Below are positions 19,694 through 29,066 of a DNA stretch of 64,000 bases, one piece after another. The notes beneath the pieces are model-generated. The model searched no databases and was not told the origin of the DNA. It saw nothing but the letters and a program-made list of their open reading frames with translations. Origin of the DNA: Candidatus Heimdallarchaeota archaeon (GTDB lineage Archaea > Asgardarchaeota > Heimdallarchaeia > Heimdallarchaeales > Heimdallarchaeaceae); the NCBI GenBank assembly GCA_018238545.1, contig JABCTC010000002.1:78423-142422 (forward strand). The letters run 5' to 3'. Both the position numbers and the translations under genes were made by a program. Position 1 is the first letter of the stretch. Each line of letters begins with the position of its first letter.

Positions 19694-22315
19694 TTATTCT
19701 CTCTTTTTCCTTCCATTTAAAAATTGCAATGTATGGTCCAAAGTTTTTTGACTAGATGTTCTAACGTCCTTCATTTCTACTTTTACACCTATGCGATGAA
19801 CATCCCGTAAAGCTTCACGTAAATAGTGTTCTTTGTCGATTTTTGAAGTTGTAACTAACGAAGGATGTTTTGATCTTTTATACAATGAAACCTTTCCTTC
19901 TTGAATAATGAATGGAAATCGATCAAAATCTTTCCAAATTTCATTTATGTTCAAATTGTTGGTTTTTGCATAATCTTCTAGAGCTCCAATTGCGGGAGTT
20001 TTGCTTTTGTATTCATTTGGATTCCTTCGTATAGGTCCAAGAATGGTTGTTTTTTCTATTAGTTCTTTGCCCTCTAAAGTTTCAAAATATAAGCATAGCT
20101 CAATTACTTTATCTCTAGCTTTTGAGATGCTACCTTCTTCCAAAACTAGTTTCAAAGCTTCTTTTTGAACTTCAGCAGCAAATGGAGAGGTATCACTACG
20201 AATAGCTTCAAATCCTACAATAGTTAACTCTTGAGAAACTGCACTAACATAACTATACCGCTTTTTTGTTTCAGGTGCAAAAACAATTCTTAGAGCTAAG
20301 TCAACAAATTCCAATTCCATCTCTTTAGGAAGTTTGGATTTAAAATATTTCAGAAGGTTTTTTACTTCAGGCACATCGTTAATGGAAAATATTTCTCCTT
20401 TTTTTGAATTAGTATATACATCAAACACTGCTTGTTTTTCAGATAATTTGACAAAAATACTATCTGTATCACCATAAATAACCTGACACTTGCCTTTCGT
20501 TAATTCTTGAGTCCACTTATCCAGGTTTTTGATGTAATCTTTAGAAATACTAGTTATAGCGTTAGAAATATCTGTATTAAAGAATCTGCTCCCAATATAA
20601 TTATGACTTCCATACAATGAATTTGCAACGATTTTTAGAGCACTTGATTTTGTTTTCAACTTCTTAAGTTTCGTCCCTAAACTAGACCTTCCCTTGCTTT
20701 TTGTGAAAGTTCTAAGATAGGTTTCCATGTCGTAGATTTTCTTTTTGAGTTCCTTTCTTTCGTCTAGAATTTGTTTTTCCATGATTTTTAGAGCAGTATC
20801 TGGCTCAGAGAGAAATTTCTTCTTTGGTTCAGCTACTGAAGAATCATAGCTTTCACCACCAATGTTGTACGCAACCATTATGCTTGGAAACATAGAACGA
20901 AAGTCAGCTATTAACACTGCTTCATGTAGTGTTCCCTTAGGAACAAGTACAAACCCTCCAACCGCCATTGCTCTATTGCTTTTTCTAAGAATAAGCTCCT
21001 TTTTACTTGGTTCCGAGGGTATGATTGTATCTTTTCTATGAAGTATCCTAAAGATCTGAAACTCTCCAATATGTCTAGGAGTTGAATATACAGCTTCAGA
21101 AGGTCTTAATCCTACAAGTTTCATGACTTCTAGCCATTCAGTCATCCCCATAGCATCGAAAAGTGCGTAAGTGATGGTAGCATCTTGAGAATTCATGATT
21201 TGAATTTTGCGTTTATTCATGCCTTTTTTCTGTATAACCCATTCAAACCATAGCTTGTTGATAGTTTCGTAGTCACCTTTACGTTTAATATTGAGATACT
21301 CCTTAGCTAAATCAGTGAGACCTTTTTTGCCAGATTTAGTTCTTAACCATCTAGTACTCTTAATCAAATCATAAGAAATCCATCCGGGGATTCTGTATCC
21401 AAGATATCCAATTGGTAACTTAATCTTAGCTCTGTTTAGTTGACTCAAGGAATTTGAATCTAAACCTAAATTTTTCATCCTTTTTAATAAGTAAGGCAAT
21501 GTAATCCGGTTACCGTTAAACGTGATTAAAATATCAGGGTTTTTTGAATGAATCTCCTTGATAACATTCTCAATTAGTTGTTTCTCAGATTCATCTGTGT
21601 CTTGTTCTAGAATAAATGTTTTGTTTCTAGGTTTAGAATTGCTTCCTTCAGTTCCCCAACAAATACTCATTGAGCTTATTCGCTGTTTACCTTCGTCCAT
21701 AATACTGGAAAAATTGCGTATTTTCTTGCCTTGAGGAGTGAAAGAATTGATGATTAAATTCAAACTTAATAGTGTCAGAGGAAGTGAATTATCTTCAATT
21801 GGGGTGATATTTTCATAATTAAGTTCTAATACTTTGGAGTTGTTTTCTATCACTTTTTCCTTATAATTCTTTATTTCAACCCAATTTAATCCTTTAATAT
21901 TTGTATCAATTAGAAATCGAGCTGTATACGAGATATCGTTTTCATAGCTTTTGATGCCTTTTGTTTGAAGGATTCTACTATATTTTAATACTCTCCAAGG
22001 ATTTCTTCCCAAGACTTTCCGTAAAAATATCGGTTTGTTTTGATAATACTTATACTTGGATACGGGGTAAGAACCTTTAATCCAGGCACCAAATTCCCTC
22101 TCGGTATATAACAGACTTTGGATAACTTTTGTAGTTTCACGTAGATCATCTATGTAAAAATATGGATAAAAACCTGAAATGTGTAAGATAAGAGGTTTAT
22201 TGTTTTGATCTTTTGCTCGAATGCGAATTATTGGCTCTTCAATTCCTTTCTCTTTTTCTTCAATGAAAAAATCTAGATCAACCACAAAGCATCTTAAAGA
22301 AGGAGCGGTGTTCAT
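19694..22315 (-). CDS. polB: Family B DNA polymerase with degenerate 3'-5' exonuclease motifs
   Basis: Motif A ADFRSMFPSI, B KIVANSLYG, C YGDTDS, KKRY, GFEAIRSD; Exo I/II acidic residues absent. Confidence 0.93.
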   Translation of the reverse strand: MNTAPSLRCFVVDLDFFIEEKEKGIEEPIIRIRAKDQNNKPLILHISGFYPYFYIDDLRETTKVIQSLLYTEREFGAWIKGSYPVSKYKYYQNKPIFLRKVLGRNPWRVLKYSRILQTKGIKSYENDISYTARFLIDTNIKGLNWVEIKNYKEKVIENNSKVLELNYENITPIEDNSLPLTLLSLNLIINSFTPQGKKIRNFSSIMDEGKQRISSMSICWGTEGSNSKPRNKTFILEQDTDESEKQLIENVIKEIHSKNPDILITFNGNRITLPYLLKRMKNLGLDSNSLSQLNRAKIKLPIGYLGYRIPGWISYDLIKSTRWLRTKSGKKGLTDLAKEYLNIKRKGDYETINKLWFEWVIQKKGMNKRKIQIMNSQDATITYALFDAMGMTEWLEVMKLVGLRPSEAVYSTPRHIGEFQIFRILHRKDTIIPSEPSKKELILRKSNRAMAVGGFVLVPKGTLHEAVLIADFRSMFPSIMVAYNIGGESYDSSVAEPKKKFLSEPDTALKIMEKQILDERKELKKKIYDMETYLRTFTKSKGRSSLGTKLKKLKTKSSALKIVANSLYGSHNYIGSRFFNTDISNAITSISKDYIKNLDKWTQELTKGKCQVIYGDTDSIFVKLSEKQAVFDVYTNSKKGEIFSINDVPEVKNLLKYFKSKLPKEMELEFVDLALRIVFAPETKKRYSYVSAVSQELTIVGFEAIRSDTSPFAAEVQKEALKLVLEEGSISKARDKVIELCLYFETLEGKELIEKTTILGPIRRNPNEYKSKTPAIGALEDYAKTNNLNINEIWKDFDRFPFIIQEGKVSLYKRSKHPSLVTTSKIDKEHYLREALRDVHRIGVKVEMKDVRTSSQKTLDHTLQFLNGRKKRE

Positions 22316-22481
22316 CCCTATCTACTCTGATTTTCTATCTGTATATACAATTTAAGGGCATCCATATTATTTAAACCCTTTTTAAACTATCGAAGGTAAT
22401 AATTGGTTTCAGTATAAAAATAAGTGCACTTCATGGGTTAAATTTTTATTTAATGAATCTCACAACTATTTTGAGTTTAAC

Positions 22482-22862
22482 ATGTCCTCTCGAAAATTAC
22501 CTCCTGATATTTATAAAAATCTCAAGAAATTAGAGCTATCAGCAAGTACCAAGAGTGGAATAATGGAAGAAACTATAACTCTGGAGAAACCATCTGACGA
22601 TGATGATCCAAGACCACATTACTGGTTTGTTATTATGCTATCTTTTGGGCAAAGAACAGGCTACGTATATGATAGGTCTGGCTTGCATATTCCTGAACCT
22701 GAAACCTACTTTTACAGTGTTGAACTATGGAAATTTAAAGGTTCAGTGCTGAAGGGAGTTGAAACTTTCTCCAACAAAGTAGACTTTGATAGTGCTGTGA
22801 AAACTTTCCAAGAATTACAAACTGATTTAACAAAAAATAAAGGTTTTAAAATTCTTCATTAA
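22482..22862 (+). CDS. Hypothetical protein with WGR-domain-like pattern
   Basis: YSVELWKFKG..TFS..DSAVKTFQEL..LTKNKGF resembles the WGR C-terminal half; WGR tripeptide absent. Confidence 0.5.
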   Translation: MSSRKLPPDIYKNLKKLELSASTKSGIMEETITLEKPSDDDDPRPHYWFVIMLSFGQRTGYVYDRSGLHIPEPETYFYSVELWKFKGSVLKGVETFSNKVDFDSAVKTFQELQTDLTKNKGFKILH

Positions 22863-22872
22863 ACCTATGTTT

Positions 22873-23445
22873 TTACATGAAAATAATGAGAATTGTTGAG
22901 ATAGCAATAGTTACAACACATATTATTATCATAAAGATAAGTTGTGGTTGAAAGAAAGGCTCTTTAAGATCTACTAAACTTATTTCTTTTTTATTGAACA
23001 CTGAAATTACAAAAAATATCTCTGCAGTGAAAAATACAACAAAAACTCCCATTACTATTAGAATTTTCCAGAAATCCAAAGAGCCTGAGGAAATTGAATA
23101 AACTAGGGTAAAACCATAGATTGGAATGAAGCCAATGTAAAAATACATTATTTGGAAAGCTGTTTGTATAGATCTCTTATTCTCTCCCTCCAGTTTTATT
23201 GTGAAACTTGCATACTTACCTGATAATGAAAGAGTAGCAAGAAGAAAAGTTGCAGCTAGTAATGTTAAAAAGAAACCTAGAGCTGAAAATCCAACATTGA
23301 TAGTAGTGTCAATAAACGATTTATAAATTAGAGCCTGTCCCCCACCCAAAGATGAACCAACTAAAACAGCTCCTAAAGGATTGAGTGTTCTAGGTTTTTT
23401 TACGATAGGTTTTTTTGTTGCAAAATCCTTGTCTGTTAAGACCAA
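22873..23445 (-). CDS. Hypothetical membrane protein (~5 TM)
   Basis: Several hydrophobic segments; abuts Nudix gene. Confidence 0.7.
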   Translation of the reverse strand: MVLTDKDFATKKPIVKKPRTLNPLGAVLVGSSLGGGQALIYKSFIDTTINVGFSALGFFLTLLAATFLLATLSLSGKYASFTIKLEGENKRSIQTAFQIMYFYIGFIPIYGFTLVYSISSGSLDFWKILIVMGVFVVFFTAEIFFVISVFNKKEISLVDLKEPFFQPQLIFMIIICVVTIAISTILIIFM

Positions 23446-23895
23446 TTAGAATTCCCCTTTTGGTTGTTTAGTTAATTCGTTTTCTTTGAGATATCTTTCT
23501 GCGGCTCTTATAACTTTTCTTGTATTTTCAAAAGTTAACATTTCAAGAGCTTTCTCATAAGTTGCCCATTGGAACCCTATATGTTCTTTGGAAATTTGAA
23601 CATCAGTTGTATTAGCTATACCAACAAGATAAATAACCGTTTTTTTAATCTTGTGAGAACCTCTAGCAAAATAATATGTGATTTTATGTTTAAATTCTTC
23701 TAGGATAGAGATGTCGTTTATTCCTGTTTCCTCAAAAGCTTCTCTTAAAGCGGCTTGAAACACAGTTTCTTTCCCTTCAATTCTACCTTTTGTTAATCCC
23801 CACCTGTTCTCTGTTACTCTGCTACGTCCATAATTGAGTAAGAGATAATAACCTGAATTGTACAAAACTATTCCAGCTGAGGTTTCAGTTTCCAT
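23446..23895 (-). CDS. Nudix hydrolase, Ap4A-hydrolase-like
   Basis: SAG, KGRIEGKETVFQAALREAFEETG Nudix box, ISKEH..W..A..L.F. Confidence 0.9.
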   Translation of the reverse strand: METETSAGIVLYNSGYYLLLNYGRSRVTENRWGLTKGRIEGKETVFQAALREAFEETGINDISILEEFKHKITYYFARGSHKIKKTVIYLVGIANTTDVQISKEHIGFQWATYEKALEMLTFENTRKVIRAAERYLKENELTKQPKGEF

Positions 23896-24003
23896 AATAT
23901 CATCGTTTGTGGATGTTAAGAATGCTACAAATAAATAACCTTGGGTTAATTACATTCTTCTACAACAGATATTTTTATGTAGAATAAAAAGTTATTTACT
24001 TTA

Positions 24004-24849
24004 ATGATTCATCAAATAGCATTTATGGATATTGAGACTGGATTAGGTCGTACGGTTTACACAGATAACACAGTAAAAATGAGTGAGGAACTTATATGGC
24101 CAATGATTTGTGCATTGAACAATTTTGTGATAGAGTGCACTGAAAGTAGACGAGGGCTGGTGAATGCTGCGCTTGAAGATATCAAAATATATCTTTATCC
24201 GCCTTTAGGGGAAGGGAATCCATTAAGATTCGTATTTTTTGCTGATTTGTATGAAAATACAGCGTATATTGAGAAAAGGGGTCAAGCTATTTTCAATATC
24301 CTATCACCTCATATCTCGTTTGAGTATTATTCCCCCCCAGAGGAAATATTGGGAAAAGTATTAGAGATAGCGAAATTTACCCAAACTTTTCCAGAAAAGC
24401 AAATACATGATAGTTTTTTAGAAACGGTGAAACACAAAATAAAGAATCTGGAAAAAGAAGGAAAAATATTTATTGCTGATTTGTTTGTCGGTGATATTGA
24501 TCAGGGAAAAGTTTACAGTATCTCTTCTAAAGAGAATCTTATTGAAAAAGATAGTGTACTTCTTTTCTCTGAATTATTGACAGCATTTTCTATAGATAGT
24601 GAGATTATTGTTAAATCAACTCTTTCTATCAAAGAGAAACAAAGGCTTGAAAACGAAAACATAAATGTTTTAGAACTGAAGGAAGGCTGGTATTTGAAGC
24701 AATTAAGCAAAAGTGAAAGTGATTTCTGGTTAGTAGGTTACTTCTATTACAATGATAAATTCGAACAAGAGATATTCAACATGCTTGATTGGGTATCTCA
24801 GGTACTTGCAGAAGAGATTATGGAAGGGTTGGTTGAAAGACCATTTTAG
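24004..24849 (+). CDS. Longin-like domain protein, possibly two domains
   Basis: MIHQIAFMDIETGLG..EELIWPMICALNNFVIE..LRFVFFAD follows the Asgard longin pattern. Confidence 0.6.
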   Translation: MIHQIAFMDIETGLGRTVYTDNTVKMSEELIWPMICALNNFVIECTESRRGLVNAALEDIKIYLYPPLGEGNPLRFVFFADLYENTAYIEKRGQAIFNILSPHISFEYYSPPEEILGKVLEIAKFTQTFPEKQIHDSFLETVKHKIKNLEKEGKIFIADLFVGDIDQGKVYSISSKENLIEKDSVLLFSELLTAFSIDSEIIVKSTLSIKEKQRLENENINVLELKEGWYLKQLSKSESDFWLVGYFYYNDKFEQEIFNMLDWVSQVLAEEIMEGLVERPF

Positions 24850-26291
24850 TTATGCTGAACTTCTTCAACAGCCTCTTCTATGCTCGAGTCATTGTCGTTG
24901 TTTTTTCTTTTATCCGTTTCAGGAAACTTCATTGTTAGGAATAACAGAAGTGGATATAAAATAATGCTAATTATAAAGGGGACTAACAGACCCATTGTAT
25001 CAATCGTTTTTTCAATGATAAATCCCGCAATAATGCCAGTAGGTAACCAACCAAGCCCTTTGATACCTGTCACCATACCATAAACCTCAGCTCTTCTCTT
25101 CTTATCAAAATCGGAAAGAATAGATAATATACTTGGTACCCAAAAAGCTATACTTGCGCCTAAACCGGCCCAACCTACGAGAATTACGTATAGTCTATAT
25201 TCAGGCAGAGTGAAGTGTGCTATAATATTTGTTGTAAAAAACAATGATCCTGCCAATTGGCTCATCATTAACATTTCTTTTCTTTTTAATTTATCAGAAA
25301 TCTTAGTTAAGGGGATGAAGAAAATTATTGTACTGAGACTCATGACCAATTGCATAGTTGCTATATGACTTTCTGTATATGCATAAACGTATTTAACAGC
25401 CCCATTATAGATATTCAAACTAAGACCAAATACGAAAGAATCAAAAATGAAATAACCTATTGCATATTTCACACCTTTAGTCTTGAAGATGTCTCCAACA
25501 AGATGCATGTCTCTTTTTACATTTCGAAGCAATTGGCTACTCTCTGTTTTCTCTGAAAGATTCCTGAAAATAAGTAGAAAGGGCATAATGAGAAAGTGTA
25601 AGATTGAAATAAAGAACTGTACTGTAACTTGTCCCAAAGCTTTCATTGATTGGAAGAATTGTTTCCAGAAATTTGTCGTAAAATCTTCTATAACAAATGA
25701 TTCTTTTAGTCTGAATAATTGATATAGAAACATGATTGTGTAACCTCCAATTAAACCATAGAAATAATAATAAAGTGGTATCTGATTTGCGAAAATCCGA
25801 ATTATAATAGGTCCAACTAGACCACTAGCATAGATTGCAATGAAAATGAAAGAAAAAGAAGAAGCTTTTTTATCTTCATCACTACTTTCCGCTGTTAAAG
25901 CCACTAAAGCGGGATCTGAAATGCCAAAACCTAAATTAACTAATAACAATCCTGATATAATCAGAAATAGCGGAAGTGCTATGGGAACCATTGAGGAAAT
26001 AGCGAATAAAACCATCGCAGGAATATAAAGAAACAGCCCTGCTAAGTACACTCTTTTTCTACCTACTCTATCACTCACTTCACTTACTAAAATCATCGGA
26101 ATTAGTTGTGCAAGATTAGCTGCAGTCATTATCAACCCAAACATAAACTCTGAATCTATATAGTCAACAAGAAATGGCTGCAGAATTACATTATAGAACC
26201 CGCTACATAATCCCCAAATTAGGTTAGCAAAGAATATCGTACGAATATTCTTAAACCGAGATGGGTGTAATGCCATTGCTCGTACAGCCAT
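24846..26291 (-). CDS. MFS transporter
   Basis: SDRVGRK motif A, about 12 TM, long central loop. Confidence 0.9.
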   Translation of the reverse strand: MAVRAMALHPSRFKNIRTIFFANLIWGLCSGFYNVILQPFLVDYIDSEFMFGLIMTAANLAQLIPMILVSEVSDRVGRKRVYLAGLFLYIPAMVLFAISSMVPIALPLFLIISGLLLVNLGFGISDPALVALTAESSDEDKKASSFSFIFIAIYASGLVGPIIIRIFANQIPLYYYFYGLIGGYTIMFLYQLFRLKESFVIEDFTTNFWKQFFQSMKALGQVTVQFFISILHFLIMPFLLIFRNLSEKTESSQLLRNVKRDMHLVGDIFKTKGVKYAIGYFIFDSFVFGLSLNIYNGAVKYVYAYTESHIATMQLVMSLSTIIFFIPLTKISDKLKRKEMLMMSQLAGSLFFTTNIIAHFTLPEYRLYVILVGWAGLGASIAFWVPSILSILSDFDKKRRAEVYGMVTGIKGLGWLPTGIIAGFIIEKTIDTMGLLVPFIISIILYPLLLFLTMKFPETDKRKNNDNDSSIEEAVEEVQHN

Positions 26292-26400
26292 GATTTTCTA
26301 TCATTCTAAAGCAATTAAAAGGTAATTGGTTAAAGTTAACGTCGTATAAAATATATTGTCACATCCTAGCTTTTATAAATTAATCTTAAGGGTTTAGCCT

Positions 26401-27783
26401 ATGAGCGAATATATGGATACACCTATTTCTTGGGGCTCAGAATATATCACAGAATTTATTCCTAAGAAATATGCGGATCAAACAAAGTTTCTCAATCCTC
26501 CTGATTTCTCGAAAAAACCAATGTTTGAAGGTAGTATTGAAGAAGCTCTAGAAAACGTTTTGAATAATCCAATTGGATACGATATTCCTTTTGCTGAACT
26601 TCTAAAACAAAAATACGAAGTTGGAAAACCAATAGTTTTTGCTGTTGATGATCAAACTAGACCAAACATACATACAAAAATAGTTCTACCTCTTCTAATT
26701 GAAACTGTTCTTTCTTTGGGTGTGAAAAAAGAAGATATACGAGTATTAATAGCAACTGGCACTCATAGATTTCCAAAAGAAGATGAATATAACAAAATAG
26801 TTGGTGAAAAGGTTTTTGCAGAATATAAATCCCAAATCATACCTCATGATTGCAAAAATGATGTTAAAATGATAGGAGAAAGCGATGCTGGAACACCAAT
26901 GGGATTCAACAAACTTGCCTTTGAAGCAGCTATCCTAATCCCCATAACCGACACTGAACTTCATTATTTTGCAGGATGTGCTGGAACCATAAAAGAAATA
27001 TGTCCAGGTATTGCTAGTAGCGAAACAGTAAGAATAAATCATCCTAAAATGTTTGATGTGGATCTAGGATTTGTTCCAGAGTGCAGACTCGGTAACACTG
27101 AGGGTAATCCTGTAATCTCAGACATTAAAAATATGGTTAACATTCTAAAGAAGCAAATCACAATCTTTGGTGTAGATACAATTGTAACTGAAGGAAAAAT
27201 AGTTTACATTAATGCAGGCGATCTAGTAGCACTTCACGATGAAGCAACTAAACACATTGTTGAAATGAGAACTGTAAGACTTCCAAAAGCTGGAGATATT
27301 GTTATCAGTGCAATGCAAAGTTGGGGTATCAATTTATATCAAGCTGGCAAAGGAATTCATGCTGCATGGAATGCTGTAAGACAAGATGGAAAGGGTATAA
27401 TTATTGCTGTTGCTCCTTTATCTTATGGAATTGGAAATGCTAATTACGAAAAAGTGATGGAAGAGGCCAAAGAATTCACTATTCAAGAAGCTTTAGAATA
27501 TGTCTTAGATAATTACTGTACAGAAGACACATTCAAAATTGGTAATCAAAAACCAGTAGATACACTAAGAATCATGAAAACAATTGGTAAAGACAATCTC
27601 AAATTTGTTGCAGATTGGGAGCCAGAAACATTAACTAACACTTACAAGGTTATGGCAATCAAAAAACCAGATGAAGCTCCAGCTGAAGCAATCAAGCGAC
27701 AAGTTGAAGAATATATGAATGATAATCCCGATGGTCAAATATACATTATGGATGACCCTGGACTCTATGTAATCATAGAGTAA
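26401..27783 (+). CDS. LarA-family (nickel-pincer) racemase/epimerase
   Basis: DDQTRP, ATGTHR, HYFAG..G..K...PG, NH, YQAGK. Substrate unknown. Confidence 0.88.
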   Translation: MSEYMDTPISWGSEYITEFIPKKYADQTKFLNPPDFSKKPMFEGSIEEALENVLNNPIGYDIPFAELLKQKYEVGKPIVFAVDDQTRPNIHTKIVLPLLIETVLSLGVKKEDIRVLIATGTHRFPKEDEYNKIVGEKVFAEYKSQIIPHDCKNDVKMIGESDAGTPMGFNKLAFEAAILIPITDTELHYFAGCAGTIKEICPGIASSETVRINHPKMFDVDLGFVPECRLGNTEGNPVISDIKNMVNILKKQITIFGVDTIVTEGKIVYINAGDLVALHDEATKHIVEMRTVRLPKAGDIVISAMQSWGINLYQAGKGIHAAWNAVRQDGKGIIIAVAPLSYGIGNANYEKVMEEAKEFTIQEALEYVLDNYCTEDTFKIGNQKPVDTLRIMKTIGKDNLKFVADWEPETLTNTYKVMAIKKPDEAPAEAIKRQVEEYMNDNPDGQIYIMDDPGLYVIIE

Positions 27784-27786
27784 AAC

Positions 27787-27797
27787 TCTTTTTTTTT
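27787..27797 (+). terminator. Oligo-T tract after the LarA-family gene
   Basis: T-run a few bases after TAA, at a convergent gene junction. Confidence 0.5.
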
Positions 27798-28053
27798 AAA
27801 TTTCTAAAGTGTCTTCTGGCCACATTTTTTCAACTATCTCAGAATTACATTTCATGCATAGATTCTTCTTTTGTATTATTCCATCTCTATCAGTTGAAAA
27901 ATTCTGAATTAACCCTCGATCGCATAGAATGTCCGATTTGCACTCAGGACAATAAAAATACCGACCTTGTTGTTTTGGAGACCAAAGATATTTACTACAT
28001 GAAGCGCAACGATTTCGAAAATCACATTTGAGATGTTGAGCTATTATAACCAA
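27796..28053 (-). CDS. Small Cys-rich putative zinc-binding protein
   Basis: CASC, CPEC, CMKC plus two further Cys and a His. Confidence 0.7.
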   Translation of the reverse strand: MVIIAQHLKCDFRNRCASCSKYLWSPKQQGRYFYCPECKSDILCDRGLIQNFSTDRDGIIQKKNLCMKCNSEIVEKMWPEDTLEI

Positions 28054-28057
28054 ATTC

Positions 28058-28285
28058 TTAATCCTCCTTCTTCATTAACCAGTCGTGATAATCTCTTTTT
28101 CTTTGACGTTCCTTACGATCTGATTCTTCATCAGATTCACCCATTTCCTTTTTAAATTCAGAGCGAATTGTAGACCTTACAGAATCATATTCTCCTCTCT
28201 TAAAAGATAAACCACAGTCTAGACAAACCATAAAAGGAGCTTTATATTTTACTTCTCCCCCACAATCGGGACACCGAGCCATCAT
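28058..28285 (-). CDS. Small zinc-ribbon protein with charged C-terminal helix
   Basis: CPDCGG..CLDCG; SD-like AAGGTGA upstream. Confidence 0.8.
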   Translation of the reverse strand: MMARCPDCGGEVKYKAPFMVCLDCGLSFKRGEYDSVRSTIRSEFKKEMGESDEESDRKERQRKRDYHDWLMKKED

Positions 28286-28398
28286 TTCACCTTCTTAATT
28301 ATTCAAATATAAGTGTTAAAGTTTAAAAATTAATGCTTTGTGTCAAGTTTGGTATAAACTATGACTACATCATATAGCGTTAGATATCGCAAACAAAA

Positions 28399-28472
28399 TG
28401 GTGCAACTGCCGGGATTCGAACCCGGGTTTGCAGCTTGGGAAGCTGCAGTCCTACCACTAGACTACAGATGC
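28399..28472 (-). tRNA. tRNA-Gly(CCC), CCA encoded, no intron
   Basis: Cloverleaf: acceptor GCATCTG/CAGTTGC (one T:T), anticodon arm GCAGC-TTCCCAA-GCTGC, T arm CCGGG-TTCGAAT-CCCGG, then ACCA. Confidence 0.97.
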
Positions 28473-28580
28473 AGTAATCTAATTGAAAAAACGATTATTA
28501 CATTTTTAATACTTTCTCTCTTACGCTATATTTGCAAACTTATAAATACATTAACAGTAGTCTATTACAATAGTGATAAT

Positions 28581-29003
28581 ATGTCAACTAAGTATTTCTG
28601 TCAAAATTGTGGTTCAATAATTGAAGAAGGTATAAAATTCTGTGCTAATTGCGGAACTTCTGTATCAGAAAGACAACCAGCAGCTCAACAACCAGTGGCT
28701 CAACCAGCACAAGCATATACTCCAGCTCAACCATATGCAGCAGCTGCACCAACATATATTCCTGCGCAACTGGGAGTCCCTGCAGGAATCTCTCCTCTCA
28801 GTAGAACAGTAGCATTATTATTGTGTATCTTTTTTGGTTGGATGGGTGTTCATAAATTCTACGTAGGAAAAGTAGGAGATGGAATTATATATCTCTTGTT
28901 CTCATGGACAGGCGTTCCAGCATTCATTGCTTTTATTGAGATATTTATAATCGCAAATGGTACTTTTAGAGATGACAAAGGCCTACCTCTTGTAACTTGG
29001 TAG
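28581..29003 (+). CDS. Zinc-ribbon plus TM2-domain membrane protein
   Basis: FCQNCG..FCANCG, PAQ-rich linker, ALLLCIFFGWMGVHKFYVGK; start ATG 28581. Confidence 0.9.
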   Translation: MSTKYFCQNCGSIIEEGIKFCANCGTSVSERQPAAQQPVAQPAQAYTPAQPYAAAAPTYIPAQLGVPAGISPLSRTVALLLCIFFGWMGVHKFYVGKVGDGIIYLLFSWTGVPAFIAFIEIFIIANGTFRDDKGLPLVTW

Positions 29004-29066
29004 TAAATCCTTTAAAATAACATGGAGATTTTACCTCCTTTTATTCTTCCTTTTTAGAAAATTAAT

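Noticed and set aside
22339-22354. LexA SOS box upstream of polB
   Set aside because: CTGT half present but no ACAG at N8 spacing.
26401-27783. Calling the LarA-family gene a lactate racemase operon
   Set aside because: No larB/C/E in the window, and the family acts on varied substrates.
28398-28580. N-terminal extension of ORF 28398-29003 (MVQLPGFEPG..)
   Set aside because: It is the antisense reading of tRNA-Gly; the real start is ATG 28581.
28675-28770. CAGC/CAACC repeats
   Set aside because: Explained by a Pro/Ala/Gln-rich linker in the TM2 protein.
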